Source: an uncultured Candidatus Saccharibacteria bacterium (GTDB lineage Bacteria > Patescibacteriota > Minisyncoccia > Phycocordibacterales > Zambryskibacteraceae). From it: a DNA stretch of 64,000 bases. Position 1 is the stretch's first letter, and the number at the start of each line of letters is the position of its first letter. The notes under the pieces are model-generated. The model was not told the origin of the DNA, ran no database searches, and saw only the letters and a list, made by a program, of their open reading frames with translations. A program made the translations under genes and the position numbers. Below are positions 9,313 through 18,743 of the stretch, one piece after another. The stretch spans positions 482-64,481 of the forward strand of contig CAZUDK010000002.1 in the NCBI GenBank assembly GCA_964618905.1, written 5' to 3'.

Positions 9313-10350
9313 CTATAAAAGTTTTTTCTGTAAATTTTTTGGCAGAGATTTATTCATGTGCTCATATGCTCGGGCTGTTGCCATGCGGCCGCGCGGAGTG
9401 CGCTCGATAAAGCCCAGCTGCAGAAGATAAGGTTCGCTAAACTCTTCGATTGTCGTTGCTTCTTCCGAGAGCGCGGCCGCCAGCGTCCCAAGTCCGACTG
9501 GTCCGCCGCCAAATTTATCAATTATAGTTTCAAGCAGCTTCCTGTCGGAAGGGGATAGCCCTTCTTTATCTATACCAAGAAGCTCTAAGGCCTCTTGCAC
9601 AACTTTTCCATCAAGTATGTTTCTGCCTGCCACCTGAGCGAAGTCTCTAGCTCTTTTGAGAAGATAATTTGCTGTGCGAGGTGTAAATCTGCTTCTTTTA
9701 GCAATTTCTCTCTCAGCTCCATCTTCCATCTTTACACCCAGGATTCCGGCCGATCTGTTTAGAATTTTTTCTATCTCTTCGTTGCTATAGAATTCAAGCC
9801 TGAAAACACCTCCTGAAAAGCGGGAGCGTAGAGGTGAGGAGACTGCCGCTACCCGCGTGGTGGCTGCTATTAAAGTGAACGGTGGAAGCTCGAGCTGGAT
9901 TGTCCTGGCTGACGGCCCTTTACCTATAATGATGTCTAGTACGCCGGATTCCATGGCGGGGTAGAGCACCTCTTCAATGGATTTATTAAGGCGATGGATT
10001 TCGTCTATAAAAAGTATTTCTCCAGAGACTAGGTTGGTTAAAATCGATGCAAGGTCACCGACTTTTTCTATAGCTGGCCCTGATGTCACTTTCAGGTTTC
10101 TATTGGATTCTTTGGCTATAAGATGGGCTAAGGTAGTTTTGCCAAGTCCGGGCGGACCGTAAAAAAGAATGTGTTCGGTAGGGGTGCCTCTCATCGAAGC
10201 CGCATCTAAAAGAATTCGCAGGTTCTTTTTAACCCCTTCTTGGCCTATATATCCGTCCCAATTGGACGGCCTTAGTTCATAATCGAGAAATCCCGCTAGG
10301 CTCTCGTCTACCTGAGTATTCTCCTGTACCTTCTTTGATTTACTTGACAT
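9313..10350 (-). CDS. ruvB: Holliday junction branch-migration ATPase RuvB
   Basis: 345 aa; GPPGLGKTTLA Walker A, AAA+ fold, RuvB C-terminal winged helix. Confidence 0.95.
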   Translation of the reverse strand: MSSKSKKVQENTQVDESLAGFLDYELRPSNWDGYIGQEGVKKNLRILLDAASMRGTPTEHILFYGPPGLGKTTLAHLIAKESNRNLKVTSGPAIEKVGDLASILTNLVSGEILFIDEIHRLNKSIEEVLYPAMESGVLDIIIGKGPSARTIQLELPPFTLIAATTRVAAVSSPLRSRFSGGVFRLEFYSNEEIEKILNRSAGILGVKMEDGAEREIAKRSRFTPRTANYLLKRARDFAQVAGRNILDGKVVQEALELLGIDKEGLSPSDRKLLETIIDKFGGGPVGLGTLAAALSEEATTIEEFSEPYLLQLGFIERTPRGRMATARAYEHMNKSLPKNLQKKLL

Positions 10351-10665
10351 GAAAGATGATATGTGCTAGTTTACATCGTGCACAGTTTAGTTCTGTCCAG
10401 ATCATAAATCTCTAAGCAACGATGCCGCAAGGCGTGCGGACTTTCTTTGAGGACGCTTTTGGTATTCATTTTTAATGAATTGCTGATGCCATCCTTAAAA
10501 GTTTGTTTGGCTTTGGGTTCCGTACCGAAAGTGTTGCTTAGAGATTCATGCGCTGGACTCCCTTCTCTACAATCTTGTTTCATTATTCATGAAAATCTCT
10601 TTGTAACAAGAGGTTTTTTTCTTAAAACATTTTCTTGTAAAGATTTCAAACCTGTGTCCTTTTCT

Positions 10666-12342
10666 TTACTGTATATCAGAAAGATCAACCACTCTTCCAA
10701 GCTCGTCTAAGGATGTATTTCCGGCCAGAACTTTAAGGATTCCAGCCTGTTCTAGAGTAAGAAGTTTTTGGCCTGAAGCAGCTTGGCGGATATCTCTTTC
10801 TGACGGGTTGGTAAGGGCGGCTTTCTCTATTTCAGAGTCCACCAAGATGGCCTCAAAGATACCTATCCTTCCTTTATATCCGATTCCGCCGCACTTATCG
10901 CAACCAACCGGCTCCCAAACCTTCTCTCTTTGTACACCTTCAAGATAAGCCGGATTCAATACTTCAGAAAGAGCTTTATCTATCAGTGCTTTTTTATCGC
11001 CTTCAAGCAGGACTTCTTTTTTGCAGTCTTGGCAGAGCTTTCTGGCTAAACGCTGAGCAATGGAAATATTTATAGCGGAACTTATGACCTTAGGATTAAC
11101 TCCAAGATCCAAGAGCCTTGGGAATGAGCCTGCAGCATTGTTGGTGTGGAGAGTAGAGAGTACCAAGTGTCCGGTAAGGGCTGCGTTTATGGCTACTTCC
11201 GCTGTTTCATCATCTCGGATTTCTCCAACCATTATGACATCTGGGTCTTGCCTCAATGCACTGCGCAGACCCTCAGCAAAAGTGTAATGTTCTTCGGTCT
11301 GAGTTTGAACAATGCCTTCTATGTGGTACTCGATAGGGTTTTCTATGGTTATAACTTTGATCTCCGGATTGTAAATCTTTTTTAAGAAAGCATAGAGAGT
11401 TGTGGTTTTACCTGAGCCGGTAGGGCCGGTAGTAAGAATAAGACCGTTCGGCTTCTGTATTTCTTTTTTGATTATTTCAAGCAGCAGCGGATGGATGCCG
11501 AGCTTTTCAAGCTCTACGGCAATAGAGTTTGGGTTAAGGACTCTAAGTACGAGCGATTCGCCATTTGGCCCCGGCAGGATAGATGTTCTGATTTCTATTT
11601 CAGAGCTGCCTATTTTAATGGAGAATCTTCCGTCTTGAGCGGCATCTTTTATGTTTAGCTTCAGCTCGGATAAAAGTTTGATTCTCGAGAGCAGCAGGTC
11701 GTAGGTATTTTTATCGAAATTAAGAATATCGACCAAGACGCCGTCCAAGCGATACCTGAGACGAACTTTGCTTTCCTCTGGCTCAAGATGTATGTCTGAT
11801 GCCTTAAGGGAGAGGGCGCCGGCGAGCATGATTTCCAAGATATGAGATATGCGGTAGGCCTTTTTCAATCCCATAACTTCATCTATAAGCCCTTTAATGT
11901 CTTTGAGAGAATGAACTTTTTCCGATGTCTCTACTATCTTTTCATTAGAAATATCCAAGGCTCCGGCTCTGGTTTCAGAAGAATAAGACATCTCTTTGTA
12001 TCTGTCCCACACTTTATTTAGGCTGGCATGAGAGGCCATGTAGATTCTCGGTCTGTAACCTCTTTCTTTCAGTGCTTCTATAGCCGCTTGGGCCTTGTCG
12101 CTTTCAGGGGAGAGAACAGCGACATCTATGTCTTTATCAACTGCATTAAAAATGGCAATTTCAGCCGCTCGAGCATCTTCTTCTTTTATTATTCTTAGAG
12201 CATCAGTATCTATAGGATGTACAGAAAGATCGATGTAGGGAACACCGTACTTTTTTGATAGAATTTCGGCCAAACGTTCTTCTTCCTTGGCCCGCATGTT
12301 AGCGAGCTTCTCTTTTTGTTTCTCTTCATTGAACTGAACCAT
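10666..12342 (-). CDS. Type IV pilus / type II secretion assembly ATPase (PilB/GspE family)
   Basis: 558 aa; Walker A GPTGSGKTTT, Asp box, His box, tetracysteine CQDC...CDKCGG. Confidence 0.85.
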   Translation of the reverse strand: MVQFNEEKQKEKLANMRAKEEERLAEILSKKYGVPYIDLSVHPIDTDALRIIKEEDARAAEIAIFNAVDKDIDVAVLSPESDKAQAAIEALKERGYRPRIYMASHASLNKVWDRYKEMSYSSETRAGALDISNEKIVETSEKVHSLKDIKGLIDEVMGLKKAYRISHILEIMLAGALSLKASDIHLEPEESKVRLRYRLDGVLVDILNFDKNTYDLLLSRIKLLSELKLNIKDAAQDGRFSIKIGSSEIEIRTSILPGPNGESLVLRVLNPNSIAVELEKLGIHPLLLEIIKKEIQKPNGLILTTGPTGSGKTTTLYAFLKKIYNPEIKVITIENPIEYHIEGIVQTQTEEHYTFAEGLRSALRQDPDVIMVGEIRDDETAEVAINAALTGHLVLSTLHTNNAAGSFPRLLDLGVNPKVISSAINISIAQRLARKLCQDCKKEVLLEGDKKALIDKALSEVLNPAYLEGVQREKVWEPVGCDKCGGIGYKGRIGIFEAILVDSEIEKAALTNPSERDIRQAASGQKLLTLEQAGILKVLAGNTSLDELGRVVDLSDIQ

Positions 12343-12505
12343 TTAATAATTGTAACAGCTTTTAGCTTTTAACTGGTAGTTTCTGGGGTAAAATAGCCTC
12401 ATTTAAGCTATTGACTTTTACATACAAAGTGTGATATAATTAAAGTATAAGTTCCTTGGAATAAACAGCCGATAGCCGATCCGCTCACTTTTTCTGGAGG
12501 TTGTT

Positions 12506-12874
12506 ATGAAAAGATTGATGCTTGCGCTCGGGCTTGTCATGACGCTCGTGGTGAGCGGCTGTGGTGCTAATATGTACATGACAGCCATAAACCAGTGCGC
12601 CGGTTCATGGCTTCAGATCGAGGATGGCCGCGGGGAAGTCGTGGTTCCCAAACTCAAATACAACGAGTCGGAACCAATCCCATTGTACCTTCTCGACGAC
12701 CAGGAAAAGATCCTGGTCGCGAAAGGTTTTGCCATAGGGACTAACTATCCCCTAGGCACAAAGGTAAGGCGTGTCTATGACTCAAACTCTTCCGCACTCG
12801 GGCCTTCGGAGGAAGTCTGGGAGATTGATGATCTGGAAACGTCGGATTATCAGTCCGGCGGGTGTCGGAGATGA
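12506..12874 (+). CDS. Putative lipoprotein (lipobox VSGC), hypothetical
   Basis: Signal peptide MKRLMLALGLVMTLVVSGC; local GC about 50%, above the surrounding DNA. Confidence 0.55.
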   Translation: MKRLMLALGLVMTLVVSGCGANMYMTAINQCAGSWLQIEDGRGEVVVPKLKYNESEPIPLYLLDDQEKILVAKGFAIGTNYPLGTKVRRVYDSNSSALGPSEEVWEIDDLETSDYQSGGCRR

Positions 12875-13380
12875 GTCCGGTTCAATCAAAGGGCAGGAGC
12901 AAACCGCTCCTGCCCTTTTTTGCGCCCAAAATGCTAGAATGCCTCTGTATGAGACACCTCTCTAAGAGCGCTGAAGATACTAAAGAAATTGCCAGAAACT
13001 TTCTGAATTCCATAGAAGCAAGGAACTCTGCCACGGTTGTCGCCCTTAAAGGAGACCTTGGAGCGGGTAAAACCAATTTCACTCAAGCGGTTGGAGATAT
13101 AATAGGAGTGAAAGAGAATATGCACAGCCCGACATTTGTTATCCAAAAAGTTTATTCTATAGATTGGAAGGGATTTAAAAATCTGGTGCATATAGATGCT
13201 TATAGGATAGAAGAAGAATCCGAGCTTCTGCACCTCGGTTGGGAGGAAATCATCAATGAGTCTGAGAATCTGATATTTATAGAATGGCCTGAGAATGTTG
13301 CGGGTATTATCCCGCAGAGTGCAATAGAAGTATCACTTAAATTTATAGACGAAAACACGAGAGAAATATCCTATGCCTAA
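12862..13380 (+). CDS. tsaE: tRNA t6A37 biosynthesis ATPase TsaE (YjeE)
   Basis: P-loop GDLGAGKTNF, HSPTF motif; the true start may be an internal Met at about 12934. Confidence 0.75.
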   Translation: MSEMSPVQSKGRSKPLLPFFAPKMLECLCMRHLSKSAEDTKEIARNFLNSIEARNSATVVALKGDLGAGKTNFTQAVGDIIGVKENMHSPTFVIQKVYSIDWKGFKNLVHIDAYRIEEESELLHLGWEEIINESENLIFIEWPENVAGIIPQSAIEVSLKFIDENTREISYA

Positions 13381-15769
13381 GAAAACAGAGCACAAAAAAT
13401 TAGTTCTTCTCGACTCGCATGCAATAATTCATCGCGCTTACCATGCCTTGCCTGAGTTCGCTACTTCGCAAGGTGAGCCTACCGGAGCTCTCTACGGTCT
13501 CTCAACCATGCTCATCAAGATGCTTGGAGATTTGAAGCCTGATTATGTCGTTGCTTGCTTCGATCTGCCTGGACCGACTCATAGACACGAAGCTTATGAT
13601 GCTTATAAATCCGGTCGAGCTAAAACCGATGATGCTCTGCATACTCAGCTCGAGAAAGCCAAAGAAGTTTTTAAGGCTTGGGGCATACCAATATACTCGC
13701 ATCCCGGATTTGAAGCCGACGACATTATCGGCACCATAGCAAGCGACCTAAAGAAAGATAAAAGTATAGAAGTGGTTATCGCCTCCGGCGACATGGATAC
13801 TCTTCAGCTCATAGACGGCAGTAGGGTTAAAGTTTATACGCTGAAGAAAGGCATTCAAGACACTATTCTTTACGACGAACAAGCAGTGAAAGACAGGTTC
13901 GGATTTCCACCCAAGCTCTTGCCCGACTTCAAAGGCCTGCGAGGCGATCCTTCAGACAACATCATCGGCATTGCCGGCATTGGAGAGAAGACTGCCACCA
14001 TGCTCATATCCGAGTTCGGTTCCATTGAAAATATTTATAAGGTTTTAAAAAAGAATCCTGAAAAGCTTAAAGAAGCAGGAATTAAGGATAGAATCATCGG
14101 ACTTTTAAATGAAGGGGAAGAGGAGGCTGTTTTCTCCAAGACTCTTGCGACTATCCGCACGGATGCGCCGATAAATTTCTCTCTGCCTAGGCAATGGAAA
14201 GAGTGCGTTGATATGGAAAAAGTTAGCGAGCTTTATACACAGCTTGAGTTCCGTACGATGACAGAAAAAGTAAGAAAGCTTTTAGGTGGTGGCAGCAGTG
14301 AAGAAAATGCAGGAGCAGTTGTTGAGGAGCCGGAAAATCTTGCTGCTTCTGTGGAGCCTGGTGATAAAGATGCAAAAGAGCTTCCTCTGATGCTGTGGGT
14401 TATAGATTCAAATTACACAAATCCGGATATAGAAGACGTGTTTAGGTTTACTAAATCAAAAACTGTTGAGGAAGCGCGTAAAGTTCTGGAGAAAGAGCTT
14501 GATGCGAGAAATGTCAGGAAAGTTTATGAAGATATAGAGAAGCCTCTCATACCTGTAGTCGACAGAATGCATGAAGTTGGCATCAAAATAGATAAAGAGC
14601 TGCTTGAAAAATTATCTAAAAAATACCACAAAGAACTTAACCGGCTGGAGGCAGAGATATGGAAACATGCCGGAGAAGAGTTTAATGTTAATTCGCCTAA
14701 AGTTCTCTCCAAAATTCTTTTTGAAAAGTTGGGCCTTGGAGGCACAAGGCAGAAGAAGACCCCGACAGGAGCACTCTCTACCAAGGAATCAGAGCTAATT
14801 AAACTCAAGGACAGCCATCCTATCATTCAGTGCATCCTAGACTATCGAGAGCTCTCCAAACTTCTCTCTACTTATATAGACGCCATTCCGCCACTACTTG
14901 ATGATGAAGACCGCCTCCACTCGACCTTTATCTTGGCTGGAGCAGCTACCGGCCGCATGGCATCTCAGAATCCTGGCTTGCAGAATATTCCGGTAAAAAC
15001 AGAGCTCGGCAGAGTTATAAGGAATGCCTTTGTCGCAGAGAAAGGTTACAAGCTTATTACTTTGGATTATTCACAGATAGAGCTTCGTATTGCAGCCATT
15101 CTCTCCGGCGATGAGAAGCTGATAGAAATTTTTAAAAATGGCGAAGACGTGCATACGGGAGTTGCTTCAAGAGTCTTCAATGTACCTCCGGAAGATGTGG
15201 ATAAGAGAATGCGCATTAAAGCCAAGACTATAAACTTTGGCATCCTGTTCGGCATGGGAGTCAATGCTTTAAAGACTAATCTTGGCACAGACAGAAAAGA
15301 GGCTCAGGAATTTTATAATGAATATTTTAAAACTTTTACCGGCCTTACGAAGTATCTGGATGAAATAAAAGCCGAGGCCGAAAAGAAGGGATATACGGAA
15401 ACAATGTTTGGCAGAAGAAGATATTTTTCCGGATTCAAATCACCTCTGCCTTATGTGCGAGCTCAAGCCGAGCGCATGGCTATCAACGCTCCTATACAGG
15501 GTACCGAGGCGGACTTGCTCAAAATAGCAATGCGGGAAATTGATGAATATTTAAAGAAAGACAAACTCCAAGACAGCGCCCGCCTTCTTTTGCAAGTGCA
15601 TGACGAACTTGTTTATGAAGTGAAAGAGGGGAAGGTCGAGAGTCTTGCGAAGAAGTTTAAATCGGTAATGGAGAATGTGGTTCCGAAAGATAAATCACTC
15701 GGAGTGCCGGTGATTGTCGAAGCAAGCGAGGGTTATAACTGGGGAGAGACAGAGTCTATTTCCAAATAG
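13373..15769 (+). CDS. polA: DNA polymerase I (5'-3' exonuclease + polymerase; reduced 3'-5' exo region)
   Basis: 798 aa; N-terminal FEN-like domain; pol motifs DYSQIELR, KTINFG, QVHDELVYE. Confidence 0.9.
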   Translation: MPKKTEHKKLVLLDSHAIIHRAYHALPEFATSQGEPTGALYGLSTMLIKMLGDLKPDYVVACFDLPGPTHRHEAYDAYKSGRAKTDDALHTQLEKAKEVFKAWGIPIYSHPGFEADDIIGTIASDLKKDKSIEVVIASGDMDTLQLIDGSRVKVYTLKKGIQDTILYDEQAVKDRFGFPPKLLPDFKGLRGDPSDNIIGIAGIGEKTATMLISEFGSIENIYKVLKKNPEKLKEAGIKDRIIGLLNEGEEEAVFSKTLATIRTDAPINFSLPRQWKECVDMEKVSELYTQLEFRTMTEKVRKLLGGGSSEENAGAVVEEPENLAASVEPGDKDAKELPLMLWVIDSNYTNPDIEDVFRFTKSKTVEEARKVLEKELDARNVRKVYEDIEKPLIPVVDRMHEVGIKIDKELLEKLSKKYHKELNRLEAEIWKHAGEEFNVNSPKVLSKILFEKLGLGGTRQKKTPTGALSTKESELIKLKDSHPIIQCILDYRELSKLLSTYIDAIPPLLDDEDRLHSTFILAGAATGRMASQNPGLQNIPVKTELGRVIRNAFVAEKGYKLITLDYSQIELRIAAILSGDEKLIEIFKNGEDVHTGVASRVFNVPPEDVDKRMRIKAKTINFGILFGMGVNALKTNLGTDRKEAQEFYNEYFKTFTGLTKYLDEIKAEAEKKGYTETMFGRRRYFSGFKSPLPYVRAQAERMAINAPIQGTEADLLKIAMREIDEYLKKDKLQDSARLLLQVHDELVYEVKEGKVESLAKKFKSVMENVVPKDKSLGVPVIVEASEGYNWGETESISK

Positions 15770-15771
15770 TT

Positions 15772-16215
15772 ATGGAAGAGTTCTATCATAAAAATATTTT
15801 TGACGAAGTAGTGGATGTTGATCTTGCGGCCGTCGAAGAAGAGACAGACCTTGTGGGTTCAAAAGGGAAAACTGATTTCAATATCTTCGCTCTAACAGAC
15901 GCCTTTGGAGCCAGAGACAAAAGGAGTGCCTGGGTTCTCTACAGGAAGGCTCTGGCTGCCGGCATGGCTCCAGAAGAAGTTTTTTACAAAATCGTCTGGC
16001 AGATCAAGTCGCTCCTTTTAGCAAAGAAAACTGGCACTGCTGACGAAGCTGGCATGAAAGCCTATCCATACAGCAAAGCCAAAGGTTACTTAAAGAATTT
16101 TCAAGGAAACGAACTGGAGGATTTATCAGAGGAGCTAGTTATCGGCTACCACAATGCCCGAAGAGGAAAAGAGGAGATTGAAACTTTGTTGGAGAAAATG
16201 TTATTGGGGTTGTAA
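15772..16215 (+). CDS. DNA polymerase III delta-subunit (HolA) C-terminal-domain-like protein (truncated)
   Basis: 147 aa; resembles the HolA C-terminal helical domain (LTDAFGARDKRSAWVLYRKALAAG...). Confidence 0.4.
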   Translation: MEEFYHKNIFDEVVDVDLAAVEEETDLVGSKGKTDFNIFALTDAFGARDKRSAWVLYRKALAAGMAPEEVFYKIVWQIKSLLLAKKTGTADEAGMKAYPYSKAKGYLKNFQGNELEDLSEELVIGYHNARRGKEEIETLLEKMLLGL

Positions 16216-16241
16216 AAAATAAATAGCCCAACAGGGTTGGA

Positions 16242-16421
16242 CTATTTAAGGTCATCAAGAATAACGAGTGGAAGATTTGCTGTCTGAACTTCAGCTACAG
16301 TTACCTGTTTACCTTCTGCACGCAGGATCTCTGCGTATTGTCTTGCTGCCATAATAACTTCATCTTCGGCGTAGTCCCTACGCAGCTCGTCTACGTAATC
16401 GCTCAAGCTCATGCGTTCCAT
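16242..16421 (-). CDS. Small hypothetical protein (about 59 aa)
   Basis: The track ORF 16242..16583 runs into the tRNA-Lys gene; trimmed to the internal Met (MERMSLSDYVDEL...). Confidence 0.3.
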   Translation of the reverse strand: MERMSLSDYVDELRRDYAEDEVIMAARQYAEILRAEGKQVTVAEVQTANLPLVILDDLK

Positions 16422-16574
16422 GACTACCTCGGCTCTCGGTGGATGTTTGTGCGTGTTTCCTGTTAGGAAAATAGCATATCCACTGCCAAAATCATAGTAA
16501 GTAATGGTGGTCAGATAATACGCTCGTCGTTCCGCCTGCCAGCAGGCGGGGCTCGCAAAATTTCTCGGGCTTTG

Positions 16575-16647
16575 TGCCCCCACTAGGGATCGAACCTAGG
16601 ACCTTCTCCTTAAAAGGGAGCTGCTCTACCGGCTGAGCTATAGGGGC
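16575..16647 (-). tRNA. tRNA-Lys (anticodon TTT)
   Basis: Cloverleaf read by hand: acceptor GCCCCTA/TGGGGGC, D-arm GCTC-AGCCGGTA-GAGC, anticodon loop CTTTTAA, T-loop TTCGATC; coordinates ±2. Confidence 0.8.
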
Positions 16648-16708
16648 TTAATGCCAGAAACTATACAAAAAAATTAAATATTTGTCGAAATAGAAACACC
16701 TCCTGCTG

Positions 16709-16894
16709 CTATTCAGATTTAACCTTATGATAATTTTTCCATCCGAAAGTATAGAAAAGAGTTCCAAACAGCAGTGTTATTGAGAGGGCATCAAGAATAT
16801 CGTTGTAAGTGCCATTGGCATAAAATGCGAAGAATATAGCAAAGGCCCAGAGAGTTATAAGTTGTTCTTTAGTTATGTTGTAAAAATTTTTCAT
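16709..16894 (-). CDS. Small hypothetical membrane protein (61 aa, 2 TM)
   Basis: Hydrophobic helices; no recognisable family. Confidence 0.4.
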   Translation of the reverse strand: MKNFYNITKEQLITLWAFAIFFAFYANGTYNDILDALSITLLFGTLFYTFGWKNYHKVKSE

Positions 16895-16895
16895 T

Positions 16896-17300
16896 TTAAA
16901 GTGGCATGTCTATGGCAAAGGCGCCGGCGCCAGTCAACAGGAGAGAGAGTGATATTGTGAAGAGGAGAATGTAAAAGACCATGTCACGCTTGAGTATCGA
17001 ACCCTCTGTCCATTCGATGTAGCCTTCGATAGCCATGAAGATAGCAAAGCCGAGAGCCGCTATCTGAGTCCATGCTCCGAAAAGGAGAAGAGCACCGCCT
17101 ACTAGTTGAATGAGTCCGTATATTGAAACCAATCCTTCGGCAGGTTTTAATCTGAGAGTATTAAAAGTTTTGACCCAGCGCTTATTCTCTCCTTTAAATT
17201 TAAGAAGACCAAGGTCTATGAATATGAGACCTATTACAACTCGCAATAAGAACGGTCCTAAAGTTGAGTAAGTTAGAAGTTCTGGGAATGTGTTTAACAT
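16896..17300 (-). CDS. DoxX family membrane protein
   Basis: 134 aa, 4 TM, LLRVVIGLIF...GLIQLVGGALLL pattern. Confidence 0.7.
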   Translation of the reverse strand: MLNTFPELLTYSTLGPFLLRVVIGLIFIDLGLLKFKGENKRWVKTFNTLRLKPAEGLVSIYGLIQLVGGALLLFGAWTQIAALGFAIFMAIEGYIEWTEGSILKRDMVFYILLFTISLSLLLTGAGAFAIDMPL

Positions 17301-17304
17301 ACTT

Positions 17305-17769
17305 TTATATTAGCATGAATAAAGCTATTCCAGTCGCCACTGAAACATTAAGAGATTCTTTCTTTCCCTGCATTGGTATATGCACGTGTGCGTCAGAGAG
17401 TTTCAATAGTTCTGTCGAAACTCCTTCTACTTCATTGCCTACTATAAGGGCAAAGTTGTGTTCTGACTCAAATTCTTTCATGTTCAAAGCGTTTCTTGTT
17501 TGCTCAAGAGAAATTATCTGAAAGCCTTGATGCTTCAGGTCTTCTATAAGATCTTTCGCATCTTTAAAGTATTCCCAGTCGACCATTTTCTCTGCGCCCA
17601 GAGAGACTTTGGCAAAATCTTTTCTTTCTCTGCCGAATCTATCTAAAGGGGCCGGTGTTATGCCAACCAGATAAATTTTCGAAACCCCAAGCCCTTCTGC
17701 GGTGCGGAAAATGGAGCCGGTATTTTCGACGCTTCGAATGTTATCAAGGATTAATATGCAGGTTTTCAT
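17305..17769 (-). CDS. SpoU/TrmH-family RNA 2'-O-methyltransferase (SPOUT)
   Basis: Trimmed to the internal Met (MKTCILILDNIRSVENTGSIFRTAEGLG...); 4-nt overlap with the fpg stop. Confidence 0.7.
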   Translation of the reverse strand: MKTCILILDNIRSVENTGSIFRTAEGLGVSKIYLVGITPAPLDRFGRERKDFAKVSLGAEKMVDWEYFKDAKDLIEDLKHQGFQIISLEQTRNALNMKEFESEHNFALIVGNEVEGVSTELLKLSDAHVHIPMQGKKESLNVSVATGIALFMLI

Positions 17770-18677
17770 TTGTATAATTTTTGGTGCACGGGGCAGAAGT
17801 GGGCCGAACGGCCTCCAACTACTTTGCGTTCTATAACGCCGGAGCATCCGCGCTTAGAACACTTAGTTCCGGTCTTTCTGTATGCGCGATGTCGCTCTTG
17901 GAATTTGCCTCTCTCTCCTTTGATATTTCTGTAGTCGGACATGGAGTCTCCGCCGAAGTCGATGCCTTCTTTCAAAACTGATTTCATTACTTTAAACATC
18001 TCCCGCTTTTTCTTCTCCGGAATTTTTTCTTCTATTGACTCGGGGTGCACGCCTGCTCTCCAAAGGATCTCATCGGAGTATATATTGCCAATGCCTGAAA
18101 TAAGAGATTGATCCAGGAGAACCTGCTTTATTTTTCCTTTCGATCTTTTATTTAATTGGAAATCAAAATCTGAAAATTTAAAATCTTTCTCAAGAGGCTC
18201 CGGGCCTAGGTGCTGCAAGTGCAGACACTGGTCAAGCTCGCTTTCTTTAACCAGCGTAACTTTGGCAAACTTGCGCATGTCTGAGAGTGCCAAGTGCTTG
18301 CCGTTCTCTAGCATCAAAACAAATCGAATGAAAGCATTGAAGGGATCTGAGAGAGGACCTTTCTCGATAGGAGACCATATTCGGCCGCGCTTCTGGTATT
18401 TGCCATACATTATATGGCCGGTCATCTTCATGTGGATAATGATGACCTTGCCGCCAGAGAGATGAATGAGAATATTCTTTGCCCTCCGTTCTGCTTTTAA
18501 TATTTTTTCACCGACTACTGATTTTTTAAAAATTTTGAAGAACTTAGGATCTTTAATATTGTCCTTACCTGCATGATAGGAGCTGTTGTAGCTAGTCCAC
18601 ACATCGAGAATCTTAAGGTCTTTTGCGGTCTGGTTGATGCCGTTGACGGTGGTTTGTACTTCCGGTAGTTCTGGCAT
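17766..18677 (-). CDS. fpg: Formamidopyrimidine-DNA glycosylase / Nei family (Fpg/MutM)
   Basis: N-terminal MPELPEV, H2TH domain, C-terminal zinc finger C..C..C..C. Confidence 0.85.
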   Translation of the reverse strand: MPELPEVQTTVNGINQTAKDLKILDVWTSYNSSYHAGKDNIKDPKFFKIFKKSVVGEKILKAERRAKNILIHLSGGKVIIIHMKMTGHIMYGKYQKRGRIWSPIEKGPLSDPFNAFIRFVLMLENGKHLALSDMRKFAKVTLVKESELDQCLHLQHLGPEPLEKDFKFSDFDFQLNKRSKGKIKQVLLDQSLISGIGNIYSDEILWRAGVHPESIEEKIPEKKKREMFKVMKSVLKEGIDFGGDSMSDYRNIKGERGKFQERHRAYRKTGTKCSKRGCSGVIERKVVGGRSAHFCPVHQKLYK

Positions 18678-18743
18678 GGGCCTAGCTTACAGCTTCTTGC
18701 TGTTAGAGGCCAGTTTTAATTCGAATTTTAGATTTAGCCCTCA

